This document shows, piece after piece, positions 28,459 through 41,243 of a stretch of DNA of 49,203 nt. The translations under genes were made by a program, and so were the position numbers. Source of the DNA: Bugula neritina. Its lineage: Eukaryota > Animalia > Bryozoa. Every line of letters begins with the position of its first letter. Position 1 is the first letter of the stretch. The stretch is taken from contig CAXIUT010000246.1 of assembly GCA_964035545.1 (NCBI GenBank), forward strand, positions 1 through 49,203, in the 5' to 3' direction. The notes below the pieces were generated by a model. It had not been told where the DNA came from. It searched no databases and saw only the letters and a list, made by a program, of their open reading frames with translations.

Positions 28459-29254
28459 ATGAACTCAATCTATCACCCACCTACGATCATAAACTGCACA
28501 CTCAACTCACCATCTTCAACCCTTCCTCAAGACCAGCTCCCTTTAAAGTACCTTTCCTTTCATTTAGGTCAAATCAACTCGTCCATCTCTATTCCACATC
28601 GAACCTCCAACCGGTATCCTCTTACCTCATCAACAAACCCAAGTTTAAATCTTCACTAGAAATACAAACTCACCACAACTCGCCCACTAAATTTCATATC
28701 ACAATAAATTTATGATAGAATTCGCATTGTTAGAAAGAGTACCAGAATCTCTTGAAGAAGGACTCAGACAAATAAACTAAGATAACCGTCAAGAACATCG
28801 CCTATTTTTAGCTAGTGTTAGTAAAAATGATGCAAATGATGCCCGAGATGATCGATCTGGCATATCCAATCAATACACCTACAGAACAGTCCAAAACTAA
28901 GATACTCATATGGTAAGGAGTCGTTTTAACAGATAAAATACAGATACTATGAACAGTGATCAAAAATTTGACTTTCTAACTAGAGAAATCGATAGATTAG
29001 AAAAATAAAAGTCAGAACTAATGATGACATCAAAACCAAAACAATCTAAAAATATACTGAAAATAATAATTATAGTTATTATCGCAATTGTCTTAGGAAA
29101 TTTGGCAGGACGTTCCTTAGGTCTGGGATAAAAGAAAGTAAAGCATCATCAGAAGAAAGATACCTCATGGTCTTCCTATCTCGGTATTGATAAATGGTTT
29201 TAAAAGTCTCCTCCTCCTCAATAATAAAATGCCTGGTGGTAATTTTGGAAATGA
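28459..29254 (+). CDS. Hypothetical single-pass membrane protein
   Basis: S/P-rich N-terminus, short coiled coil, hydrophobic IIIIVIIAIVLG segment; ends PPPQEENAWWEFWK-TGA, 73 bp before a telomere tract. Confidence 0.55.
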
Positions 29255-29327
29255 TATTGATATTATCTCTAATATATCTGATTTAATTTCTTAATTTATC
29301 TTATTTCTTTATAATTAGAAATAATAT

Positions 29328-29409
29328 GGGGTTGGGGTTGGGGTTGGGGTTGGGGTTGGGGTTGGGGTTGGGGTTGGGGTTGGGGTTGGGGTTGGGGTTG
29401 GGGTTGGGG
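29328..29409 (+). repeat. Internal telomeric tract (GGGGTT)n
   Basis: About 13-14 perfect GGGGTT units oriented as a right-hand telomere for segment 1-29409. Confidence 0.97.
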
Positions 29410-30095
29410 GAGAACTTGAAGAACAAACAAACTTGATTATTAATGATCTTTAACAAGAAGTCAAATAAACTAAAAGAAAAAATGATCAGCAAAACAGATA
29501 AATAAATGAGCTAAAAGTAAATAATGAATAAATTAGTAAAAAAGTAAATCTTTTAAAAGTTCTATTCAAAGAGAAGTAGATTTAGCCCAAAAATAAAGAA
29601 ATTAGTTCAAAACTAAATTCATATAATTTGAAAAGAAAGTTATTTAGCTATAAATAGTAAATTAAAGCATCTAATCATAAGTTTAAGTTATAATATTTAG
29701 CTAAGAGCAACAAAATATCGTCTTTCTTAATACGAATCTCAAATATAAAAAACAATGGAATAATTGGCTTTAGCTCAACTCGAACAAGAATAAACCAAAT
29801 AAAGTAATAAATAGTCAGTAGCCAGGTTAAAAAATCAATTGAAATAAGCATAGGAATAACTCTTTGCTATGCATAGAATAAAACAAAAATAAACATAGAT
29901 ACCTAAATAATAAGTTCCTATCCAACCATAAGTCTAATCGAAAAAATAAAAATAACTCTTCAGATAAACTATGAAAGGAATAAGAACTTATATTTAAAGT
30001 CTAGACACCAAAAAAGCATAAGCCAGACAAATGATTCTTAAAATATCCTCTCAATGAATTAAATACATTGCTATTTTACAAAATCATTGAATTAT
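29410..30095 (+). CDS. 5'-truncated fragment of a coiled-coil protein gene
   Basis: Frame GELEEQTNLIINDLEQEVKELKEKM... starts immediately after the telomere tract with no ATG or promoter space. Confidence 0.4.
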
Positions 30096-30099
30096 CTTA

Positions 30100-30177
30100 G
30101 TTGGGGTTGGGGTTGGGGTTGGGGTTGGGGTTGGGGTTGGGGTTGGGGTTGGGGTTGGGGTTGGGGTTGGGGTTGGG
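30100..30177 (+). repeat. Internal telomeric tract (GGGGTT)n
   Basis: About 13 perfect units, same orientation as the 29328 tract. Confidence 0.97.
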
Positions 30178-33100
30178 ATTCAAACGTTCAACTTGATATT
30201 CCTGTTCAGTTATCGGTACTCCAGCTTTTAGAATCAGTTACATAGCAACTATATGATCATTAGTAGTTGAAGATAGATTCAAAATACCAACAAACATTTT
30301 TTTTTGATATTTCATCACTATTTTATATGATCCGTTATCTTACTCAAGAGAATCTTCATAAATATCTATTATGCTTTTAGAACTATTGATCTCTTCATTT
30401 TGCATTCCAATCTATAAACATAATTTAAAATTAACTACAACTTGAGATTTTAATTTCCATTGAGGAACAACTTACAAAGGAATCAATTATTCAACTACAA
30501 CTAAGACTGTTTCAAAATTAACAGCAGGTCTATTCAAAGTCAAAAAGTTAAGACTCATAACTGTATTTTTATTGAAAAAGAAAAATGATTGTTTGATTTA
30601 TTAATTAAGAGTTTATTTAGTTTTGATGATAGATTGTATGAGTTATGAACTATCTGATGAACTTTTTATTTTTTATTTGAATAAAAATCCTCGATTACTG
30701 TTTTTAAAAATATATTAAGGAAAATATATTTATGTATTAAATTGACTTCCATGAATCATCAATATTTACTATCCTTCAAGAACCTTCAAAACATATTGAT
30801 GTAACTTTTTATCAAAACAATATATTTATCTCAATTTGAGATATTATTTTTATTTCAAATTTTTAATATCATGCTGAAATATCACATCTGATTTACCTAA
30901 AATAGTCAATCCCTCAGTATATAGTGGATGGTATATTAAAGCATATGTTTGAGTTAGAAAAGTATCAATCGCTAATAGATTTTATTCAGATAAAGAAACC
31001 ATTGCTCCTTATAAATTCACGAATTTTTAAGCTTGTTATTGATCAAGTGAAAAAGACAACTTTAAAGATATTGGGTTGTTTTATTAACCTAATAAAGCTA
31101 CAGAAGATTGATGTATTCCTCTATAAGAACTAATTTTCAAATATAATTTTTAGTTTTACCTGATGTTGAGAGGAACCTACCCTTCTTTTTAAGTTTATCC
31201 AACTCCTATTTCATATTTCTTTGAAAAAGTCATTCTCTTATCAAGATCATTATATTTAAGAGTAAATGCCAAAAATGCTAATGAATTAGGATTAGATACA
31301 GTTTAAGCGGTATTAATATGTCTGTTTTGAGCTGTTCTAATTGTAGGTAAATAAGAATCTCCCTTAGTCCTCACTGGACCTCTAAGATTTACTGGCACTA
31401 AGTTATTTAATTTCAATTTTTTAATACTAACTATTAAACCTTTCTCGAAAACTATCATATATCCTTGATTGCTAAGAATAGAATAAGGACGAATATATTT
31501 TTGACCAACACCTCCTACAAGAAATATTTGTTAATATCCAGAATCATGTCCTTTTTGGTAAACTTAATATTAAACTCTAGGTCTAATTAAATCATTATTA
31601 ATACTTTTAACAAAAGAATTTCCAAATGAAAAGTAAAATTATTTAGGAATTGTCTATAATGTAATAGAATTTGAAAGTATATTTAATACAGATACATCTG
31701 TCTGAAAGTCTACATAATTTTTAAATCCATTATAAAAACCTCCAAATATATATATAGCTTCACTGTTGTTTGGCTGATAGCAAGTACAACCTGATCTAGG
31801 ATATATTTTGGCCTAATTACTTGGAATAACTGAAGATAGATAAAAAGGTTGATCTCTAGGTGCTATAAATATTAATGAAGTGATCAAAGGTTCATACATT
31901 AGACCTGCAAAAGAAGCAAGAAGAGCAGCTCTTTGATCATAGAGTTTAGGCCAAAAGAGAATAACCCATTTTTAGGTTTAACAAAAATTATATTAACAAA
32001 AATGTTGATGAGGACCCATTTCATATTATTTTTGAATAAGACTAATCTAATGTAGAACAACTCTTCCCTAACAACTATTTTATAGCTTACTATCGATAAA
32101 TCCAACATAGTTACAAAGAGTTGGACTGTTGTTGTCAGGTAAATGATTCATAAGAAAAATAGTAGAAGACGGATAATAACGTTTATTGCTCAATAAAATT
32201 TGAGAATTAGGATTGATACTTAGAGGTACACTTCCAGGTTTAGATTTTAATTAAAATTACAATGCAATAAGGTCATAGTTATTAAGCTATTCGTTATTAA
32301 ATTGAGGAAGTCTTGTAATATATTTAATAGTCTACTTTTATTTTTACTTTCCAACTCTAAGAGAATACTTTTCAATAAAAGAATTCCAATGTTCCTAGAA
32401 ATACAAACCATATCTACTTTTAATTAAACTAACTATTGAACAAAACTGATGCTGATCTGACTAAAATATTTCATTTATATTATTTAATAGAGATCTATAA
32501 TACAGAGATCCATGAATAGATTTAAAAGATTATTACTAAAGTAGTTTTTTAATATTTTTGATCTATTTCGATATTATAAAAATCTATTCCTATATTTTTA
32601 AACAGTAGGGTGATTTTGACTTATTTTACGTAATAATTTATCAGCATATTAAAGTATTTTATAATTCTAATAATTTTGTTAAATATCTTAAAAACAGCTT
32701 TATTCCCTATTCAAACTATAAGTCCCAGATCCTATTTTCAAAAACATCGATATTCTATGCAAAAGATCCACATCTATTCCTAGTTGTTGATTATCCAAAT
32801 GACCATTTTTATGATTTTATTAATTTTATTGATATTTAGTCAAATGACAATAAAACATCAATTTAAAATTAGTTATCATTGCCAATTCCTTCAACATCAC
32901 TTAGAAATGTTTTTACTGTATATTAATTGTATTAGAATAAGATATAATAACCAACGATGGATTGAATTCTTTTATCTGGTGAAACAACATTTCTTTCATC
33001 ATAAATAAAAATAAAACTCGAATAGTAAGGCGATATATCAGATAAATTTAGTTTTTAACTTAAGTATTTAGAAAATAAAGGAAATACTAATAATCTTTTA

Positions 33101-34209
33101 TAATATTATAAGAGTTATTTCTATGATTTATCTTTTCCTTTGTATATTTTAGATTATTATCTTATTTTTTATTATGTCAAATCACCAGTAAGAAACAGTT
33201 CAGACAAAGAAGATGAATTATCAATTGGAAAGGATATATATTGGAGATATCTGCTTAGATATTAGCTAGATAGATATTTAAAGGATTTTATTAACCATCT
33301 AAATTGATAAAAGTTATTTTAGAACAGTTATAGTGTCCAATCTAATCAAATATACTTTATTTTTTATAATTATCTGAAGAAGTAGGACTTTTTATTTGAT
33401 TTTTAATACAACAATATGCACTGATCAACAAAGGATGAATAAAGTTATCAATTTATTAACTCGAGGTGATAGATGTATAAATGATGAGCCAATCCAACAC
33501 TACTGTATTCCTCTCATCTGTTTCTACATTATTTGAACATATCTAGTCAACTAGCCTACTTACTAAGGATAATTATATTAATTTGTTTGATTATTTATTC
33601 TAAAAAGTTAAGAAATAAGTTCTATGCCATATTGAAATGATTTTGTTAGTTATTATTTAATTTATTTTGTTTTTTATAGTTGTTTATTTATCTAGTTATT
33701 TGGACAAGATATATTATTACTTATTGAACCAAATTTCTTACTTTTTAATATTCAATTTGACCATTTTCTATAGTTGCCTGCCCAATAGTTCTCAATTTTT
33801 AAATTTTTAATAATTTCATCTTAAATATTCCTTCATCTTCGTGTTCATTTTTATACTTCTACAAAAATCTCATCATTAGATGACTTGAAGAGTTATATTT
33901 AGATTTTTTTGAATTATTTTCTTAAGAATTCTAACAAATAGCCACTAGATCCAGTTTAGTAAAAACATTACAAAGAGTTTAGTTCGATCATTAGCAAGTA
34001 CAGTCAAAGAATGTTCAGGTTTGGGATGTTCTGCTTGAAGAATATTTTGAGGATGAAGAAGCTATTGTTTTTTATCTTTGAAGCATATGAGGAGTTTTTT
34101 GGATAGTAAAAGATTAGATCTTTTTATCAAGACTATCTAGCATGTAGGTACTATTTTCAAAGATTATTCTTTATGCCATTCTGATGTCTGAATAGTAATC
34201 ATTTTTCAT
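30178..34209 (-). CDS. Large kelch-repeat protein, 3'-truncated at the telomere junction
   Basis: Kelch motifs PRSGCTCY...IYIFGGF and IFLVGG near 31500-31800; frame runs ...EQEYQVERLN into the CCCCAA tract with no stop; may be more than one gene. Confidence 0.5.
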
Positions 34210-34317
34210 TATTTTTAAATTATAAATCTAGTTTTAAATGTTGACAATAGATATGATATTCAATATATATTAGATTTAATGATATATTTATCATAAGTGC
34301 TTCAAAATATGAAGAAA

Positions 34318-37300
34318 TCACCATTAATCGAACTACTTGGGTCTGATTTCTCTTTTATCGATGGCAATTTATTGTTTTATTTCTGGAGTTCTATTGGTTC
34401 CTTTCTTCATCTCCTTTATAAAAAACTTTTCAACCTCCCGATATTCTGACAAACACACCTCAATCACCTTTAACTTCTTTTTATCAATTTATGGAGTTTT
34501 AACTAAAATAATAATAGTATTACATTAACTTTAGGGGATAATTCTATGACAAAAACTAGTTTTTTTTCCAATATGATCATGTTCATAAGAAATTAATTAA
34601 ATCTAGAATGTCTTCTTATCACTTCTTTTTTATTGGTATACTCATTCTCTTTGTTTATCATTTTTATTTTATCAGGCATCCATAGTTCAGAATTACACTT
34701 CTATGATTTTAACTCATCAATCTCAAATTCTATTTTACTTATTGATAAGTCTTTGTAATCCTTGTCTCTCATTTAACAAACACTTTTATTAAAAGATAAT
34801 TATTCTATTAAAGTTGTAGATTTTTGATGTTTTTGAAGATTTTTCTGTCCTCTCATATAACTTTATCTTCATCTTTTTATATAAATGCTTATCAAAAGAA
34901 GGATGTAACTTTGAAATGTTTTTAAGGTGATAATCTCGTTGTTCAATGGAAAGTATTTTTATAATATCTGCATATCTAGTAAGAATTTAGTTATTGCTTA
35001 TAGTTGTTATTTGCTGTGGTATTGATCCTTTTTCTTCAGGAAGAGCATCTTTATAAATTCTAAAAGCTAAAAGATGATGAAAAACATATCTCACGTTATA
35101 GCTCCAATGAAGAAATACATTATTAAATGCTGATCCCAAAAAGTACATTGATATATTTCTTCTAAAATCGATATTAAACAAAGTAAAATTCGTATATATT
35201 AGTGTCAAAGCAGCTGTCACAGCCATAGCAGAATCTCCTTAAATAATAATCTTAAGAGCCTTAAAGAAAATTCCATAATTAAAGTTGATAGGAAGGTGTC
35301 CTTTAAGATAATTTCCAACCGACTTGAATATCATTCCCAATATATCAAATAAACGAATAACTGTAGTTGTATCATAAGAATTTACTTTTGATATTAGAAT
35401 TTTAATCATAGGATTTATCAATCTCACATTTTTAAGAAGTTTCATAGTTGATTCTACCAATGCATCCGGATATTCAAGAATAGGTCTTTATTGTAATTCA
35501 AGTAAAATTCCTTTGACAAGACGATTATAACCTGGGAAGTTATTCCATTGATAATCTTGAGAGTTAGGAAGATGACTTTCAACATATGTTACCCAATATT
35601 TAATGAAATAAAAGAAAGCAAGACCTCTCTTAATAAATCTATCTTTCCATGAACTTTTGACTAATATCTAGTTTAAAGTTATATTATTTCCTTCAATCTC
35701 ATCATTTCTTTTAAGAAATTTGTAAAAATGATACTACCAATCGAAAATTTCCATAAATGTATTATTCTTATCTCTTTCTTCTGTTTAACTAATATCTTCA
35801 TGTAAATTGAAATCAATTCCTCTCCACTAATTTATTTCAGGATCACTTTACTTCAAAATCAATCGAACAATCTACTTCTGAACTATGGGATTCTAAAATA
35901 AGCATATGCACTAAAGACTTCAGCAAAAGTACGTTAATATTCAGATCCTTTATGATCAATCGAATTAAGAGCAAGATCCAAAAGATTAATCAAGAATACT
36001 TATACATAATAGCAACTTCTTCCTTGAAAAGAAGAAATTAATCAAAATTATTTTTCTTGATTTGATTTTTATGTTTTTAACTGAAACCCATATGATAAAG
36101 AGAAAACTATGATCTTTTAATTAAAGAAATAAGAATTAAAAAGTTAAGATCTTTAATAATTGGGTCCTATATTTCAATATATTGAGTTATTTTTATACCT
36201 AACTATATTAAGATTTTCTGTCCTTCAATAAGTTATCTTTCTGATAGATATTGATACAAAAAAGAAGGACTATGAGAGGATTTTTCTAACAATTTATATA
36301 TTTCAACCAATTAATCTTCAATAGATTCTTTTAATTTTCTATTATCTTCTCTAGAATCTTAGTCAATATGATGTTTATTAAGAGCTATCATATTTTGTTC
36401 AATAGAATGACTAATATCAAGAAGATCATGAAGCTAAGGACATTTATCTGTAGTTTGAGTTTCCTAAACTCCAAAAATAGGGTTGCTTTTAAGTATACCA
36501 ACTTAAGTTTGCACACATATTTGATACTGTTTAAAATAAGATTGATTTACAATAGTAAAGTGAAAACAACCAGTTCCAAATACTTTTCCACTATGCTCAA
36601 GCTTTTATGTCATTTTTATATTTCTTGATTAGTATTATTTTCCTCCCTTACGAAATACCTTAGCATCAGTTCCCAATAATTTATACACTGAGACATAACT
36701 ATCCACGAATAGCTACATGTTGGTTGATAATTAACTTTGATATTTCCAAACCAATACTTGTAAATATATATTTTGTAACTATGAAGCGACAACTTTTGTT
36801 TAAATATTAGGTAATTCACCTCCATCTTGAGTCCATTTAAGCTATCCGCCTTCTTAAATCTATTTAGTCGATTATCTTTTACTCTTTTTTCGAACCAAAC
36901 CACGTTCACTATCTAATTTCAACATTAATCAAGTTATTTTTAATTTTATGGTTAATTTTGAAGCAAAACAACTGCAGGATAACTCGATTCGCTTTATACT
37001 GTTGATCCAGATACACCATTCTAAGTATTAAATATCTTACGATGGTTTTAATAGAAAAAGCAAAACTATTATCCAGGAATGTTTCTTAGTTAAAAATAAT
37101 TCTGATTCTAAACTCTATATTTTTAGATTTATTATCTGAGACATTTTGATCTCAAAACTTATTCTTCCTGTCTTCTCTTAAGGAAAATGCAACGCAAAGT
37201 CTTGATGAAAAGGACTCGGTTGCTAATCATAAATAAATTAATTCTTATATCAGCTACATGTATTTCATGTTAGTTGAGTATTGAAACCTCCAAAAACTGT

Positions 37301-37640
37301 TTTCTTAGTTCGTACTCAGTCATTTGGAAGTCAAAAGTCTCACTTATTTTCCACTAAATAATTTAATAAATACCATGATTGTTCCTCGATCTCCTCTGTT
37401 TTTTCTCAGAAAGAGCAAAACTTTAACCTTCCCTCACCCGAAAATAGGCCAGTAGCACTTGCCTACATATTTTTAGAAAGTTACATATGGATATTGTTTC
37501 AATTTGACGTTTGCCAAATTAGCATGAAATAACAATTTAGGCAGATTCTTGTCTTTAAGAGCCTCAGTACCCACTGGCTAGCATTCAAAAGAAAAAGGCT
37601 TTCGATTAGTGGACTTATCACCTGTTGCACATTGACCCAT
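34318..37640 (-). CDS. N-acylated protein with C2-like N-terminus and DUF1765-like domain
   Basis: Starts MGQCATG; AYAYFRIPEF, EWRG, WNNFPGY, VFLHWSYNVRYVFHHLLAFRIY motifs; ends KEFDEW-TGA. Confidence 0.65.
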
Positions 37641-37800
37641 AACTATTCAAAATTAGAATTCTAGACAAAAAGTGTCAGAAAAGAATGTCATAATATAACC
37701 AACAACAATATTCTCTCTTTATCAAAAAGAATTATTTCCTATTTCTCATCAAATAAAATAAATCTATAAATACATCTCAAGAACATCAAATTCATAGTTA

Positions 37801-38928
37801 TCATTTTGAAAACGTTATATCTTCTAGGATTTGGTAACCATGTCTCTCATTATTGAGGTATTTATTGAGTTGTTCTTTTTCTTTAAACAAAACTGAACCT
37901 AAAAATCCTAAATTATCATATCTATACCAACTGCATTTACCGATATTTCATTAAAAGCTTTTTCTTTTCTACGAGGAACCATTAAAATAAACTACTCACA
38001 ACCAATCAAATTGTAAGGAGTGGCCTAGTCTTCTTCTTTTTCAATCAATAAACGATACAACTTTTCATAAGCCTTATGACTTCTTTCTTTATAGAGAGAA
38101 AGTTTGTTATGAAGTTTATCAAAGTATTATTTTCCCTTATCACTTTAGCTTTCACTATATTGACCACTTTATCCAACAATAACAATGCCATGTTTAAAGT
38201 TAAAAGGAGGATACTAAATAACTTGTGTATCTTCAAGATTTAAGTTCTGAAAATCTTTATCATAACTTCTTTTAACGACAAAACTCAAGGACATTCTTGA
38301 AAATAGGTAAATCTCTTCCTTCATTAGGAAATACCTGAATATGTTTATGCTTCTGAGAAGCACCAGCTGTAGGTCCACTATTGAAAAAAATATAAGCCTT
38401 TATTCGCTTTAAAAGCATAGATTGATTGCTTAAAATCATCTTTGGTCAAAGGTATTGATTGAAGTTAGAATTACTTAGTTGTAACTAAAAGATGACTCTC
38501 AAAGACATTGTATTTATTAAAAAGTAGTCGATGTGTCTTGCCAAGATCCTGGATAAAAATCCCCTTAATATTAAAGGTAATACTTCATCAAAAGGTGGTT
38601 TAAAAGGATTTCTCACAGCTTCATTAGTACTTCTTTATTTAACTTAAGTTTGAAACCAAGTGTACATCATAGCTATTTATCTACTTTCCATTTGATGTTG
38701 TTCTTAAATAATAAGTGGTTAAAGGCTTTTTTCACTATTTTATAAACTTTTTCTGATATTTGCGGCAATATTATGAATGTGTTGAGTGGAAGGACTTCTA
38801 TGTAAATGAAGATATCTCAGGAATAAATAAGAACCTCCAACAAAAGTAGCCACTCCAATTGTAGTTAAGACCTCTTTGTTTCTAAAAAAATTAAAAACTT
38901 TTTCTTTGTACTCTTAGAACGAAGACAT
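37801..38928 (-). CDS. Ap4A phosphorylase / ATP adenylyltransferase (Apa1/Apa2 family)
   Basis: NPFKPP, HRLLFNKYNVFESHLLVTT, FFNSGPTAGASQKHKHIQ (HxHxQ), PYNL, VNAVGIDMI; N-terminal hydrophobic segment; 20-nt intron at 38564-38583. Confidence 0.9.
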
Positions 38929-39039
38929 AATTAAAAATTAATTTATAAATAAATAATCAATTCTTTTATAGTTAGATCAATAGAAACTAATTATCAATAA
39001 GTTTGATTTGTTTTAATTGATTTATACAACTTATTTAAA

Positions 39040-41017
39040 ATGGCACCCAAACCTGCCCCAAAATTAACAAAGAAACAATTGGCTGAACTTGCAAAAGAGG
39101 AAGCAAAAAAAAAAGAGGAGTTATAAAAACAAAGAAGAGAAGAAGAGGAAGCTAGACAAAGAGAACAATAGCGATTAGATTAGATCGAACGTTAAAAGAA
39201 AACTTAATAATAAAGAGTAAGAATTGTCCTTGAAAAAGAACAATATAGAGACTACATACTAGGTAAAAAGAAATAAGAATAAACTGCTCTTCAAAAACAT
39301 ACCTAAGAACAAAATTGGGATCATCTTACTCTTGAATATCATAAAGACTATGATACTTCAGGTCCCAAACTATCAACATTCATAAATGCATTCCAAGAAG
39401 AGCCATATGAAGGACCTTAAAAGACTCTTAAAAGTTTATAAGAAGCATAAATCTATGTCAAAAATATTGGATATAGGATGCTTGAAAGAAGAAGTGAACA
39501 TGATGAAGCTAGATAGAAGTATTATTAAAAATCTATCAAGGAAATTAGGAAAATATAGCTTGAGAAATTATAAAGAGTGATGATATAGATGGCAAACACA
39601 GCATAAGAAATGGAAGATAAGAATAGTGAGATAAGTAAAAAAGGATAACCAAACAAAAAGGTATAAGGACAAAAAATACTAGAATATAAACACTGCATGA
39701 ATCTTTTCTCTAAAATAGGAATGTTCCTTAATTCTCCTACAACAAAAAATCTTAATAAATTCAGACCCATTGAAATAAAAGAATTTGGACTCAATACAGA
39801 AATACCTTCCAAATGGATGAACATGAATACTATTGCTAAATTCGAATGGATCAACTACAATCCTTATTTCTAGGATTAATCAAGCAAGTTTAATATCATT
39901 GGTGGTGTTTACATTCTTTAGTTCTTTGATTTAGTTATGGGATCAAAGAAGATTAATAACATTGTGCTCAAAAAGAATTACAAAGGACCTTAAATTCTTA
40001 TGAAACACTCTCCTAATCTTATCAAATAACCTTTCAATGTTACTTACCAAATCCCAAAATATGTATTTCTTCATACTTTCGATCAAGAATCAATAAAACT
40101 AGCACAATATGATACCACCACTTCTAAATGGTCACCTCTTCCCAGCGATACTCTGATCGAATACGATACTAAATAAAAAAAAGCTACTTGCAGAATATAT
40201 AAACCAGAACCTATTGCTTACATTCAAGATAGATGTACTGACTATCCTTATGTTGCCTGGTAACTAAGATGTGTTGAAGAAGGAGTTGCTCATCTGGATA
40301 TTTAATTAAAACGTTGTCATCTAAAAAAAAGTGATAGTTAATAATAATAAAACAACAACACTCTTATGTAGCATTTAATCTATTTAGACTTAAATTTTAA
40401 ATCACTTCTCATACAGTTAAACTTATAACTTCTTAAAGTTATCCCTAACTTTAAGATTTATAATCAGGTAACTGGACTCCATCATCCATCCTCTACGAAC
40501 TTTCAGAAAGAGGAATTCATCTACTACCTATCAACTAAGACTACTAAGAAGCTAAATTACCTGTTAAAGATAGAGAAGCCGAATAAAATGCCATTAGAGA
40601 TATTGCATATGCGATAGAATCTTTTTATATTCGAAGCTAAGTCAACGATTCTAGTGATATTAAAGTGAAGATAAGAGAAAATTTGTAATATTAGAGAGTT
40701 TTTTTGGAAGATCAAGAAAAAGATTGGAAATATATTCGTTGGCTTTCAAATAATAGATGTTAAGTAACCAACAGAAATATTGAAAAAAGACACCTAAACC
40801 TCTAAGTATAAATTTTAACATTAAGATTTTATTATAGACTTATGATTTCTGCCTTCCACAATGTCTTACTCGAATGAAATTCAATAAAAATTATTTATTC
40901 AAGAGAAACATCATGCAAATGCTTAAACTGACTAGAATTCTGAGCTTTACAACTTGTGAAGAAAGACATAGTCAACTTAGAAAAATCCTCAGAGAAAAAT
41001 AGCTTGTATCATATTGA
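39040..41017 (+). CDS. CASC1/DNAI7 (CFAP94)-like axonemal dynein-associated protein
   Basis: MAPKPAPKLTKK followed by an E/K/R-rich helix; IAYIQDRCTDYPYVAWELR motif; C-terminal TRILSF. Confidence 0.7.
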
Positions 41018-41243
41018 TTATTCATCAGTATCAATCAAAATTTATTCATTAATAACTATTTTACAATGATATCAACTCAATATTAATCATCAAATATTAA
41101 TATTATTTCGAGGTATTAGTTATTTTTCACCTATTATTGACCATTTATATAAATCAATGATAATATTTATCATTTTAATCTTTGATAGCTTTAATTCATA
41201 CTATTTATTGAAGTTAAAGCTATTCGATATAATATATATTTGA

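Noticed and set aside
29301-29492. ORF with a PNPNPN repeat
   Set aside because: It is just the translation of the CCCCAA telomeric tract
176-41017. Functional cluster of ciliary genes (two SHIPPO-repeat proteins, POC1, CASC1)
   Set aside because: The genes are interspersed with unrelated ones, lie partly on different fused segments, and such genes are abundant in ciliates
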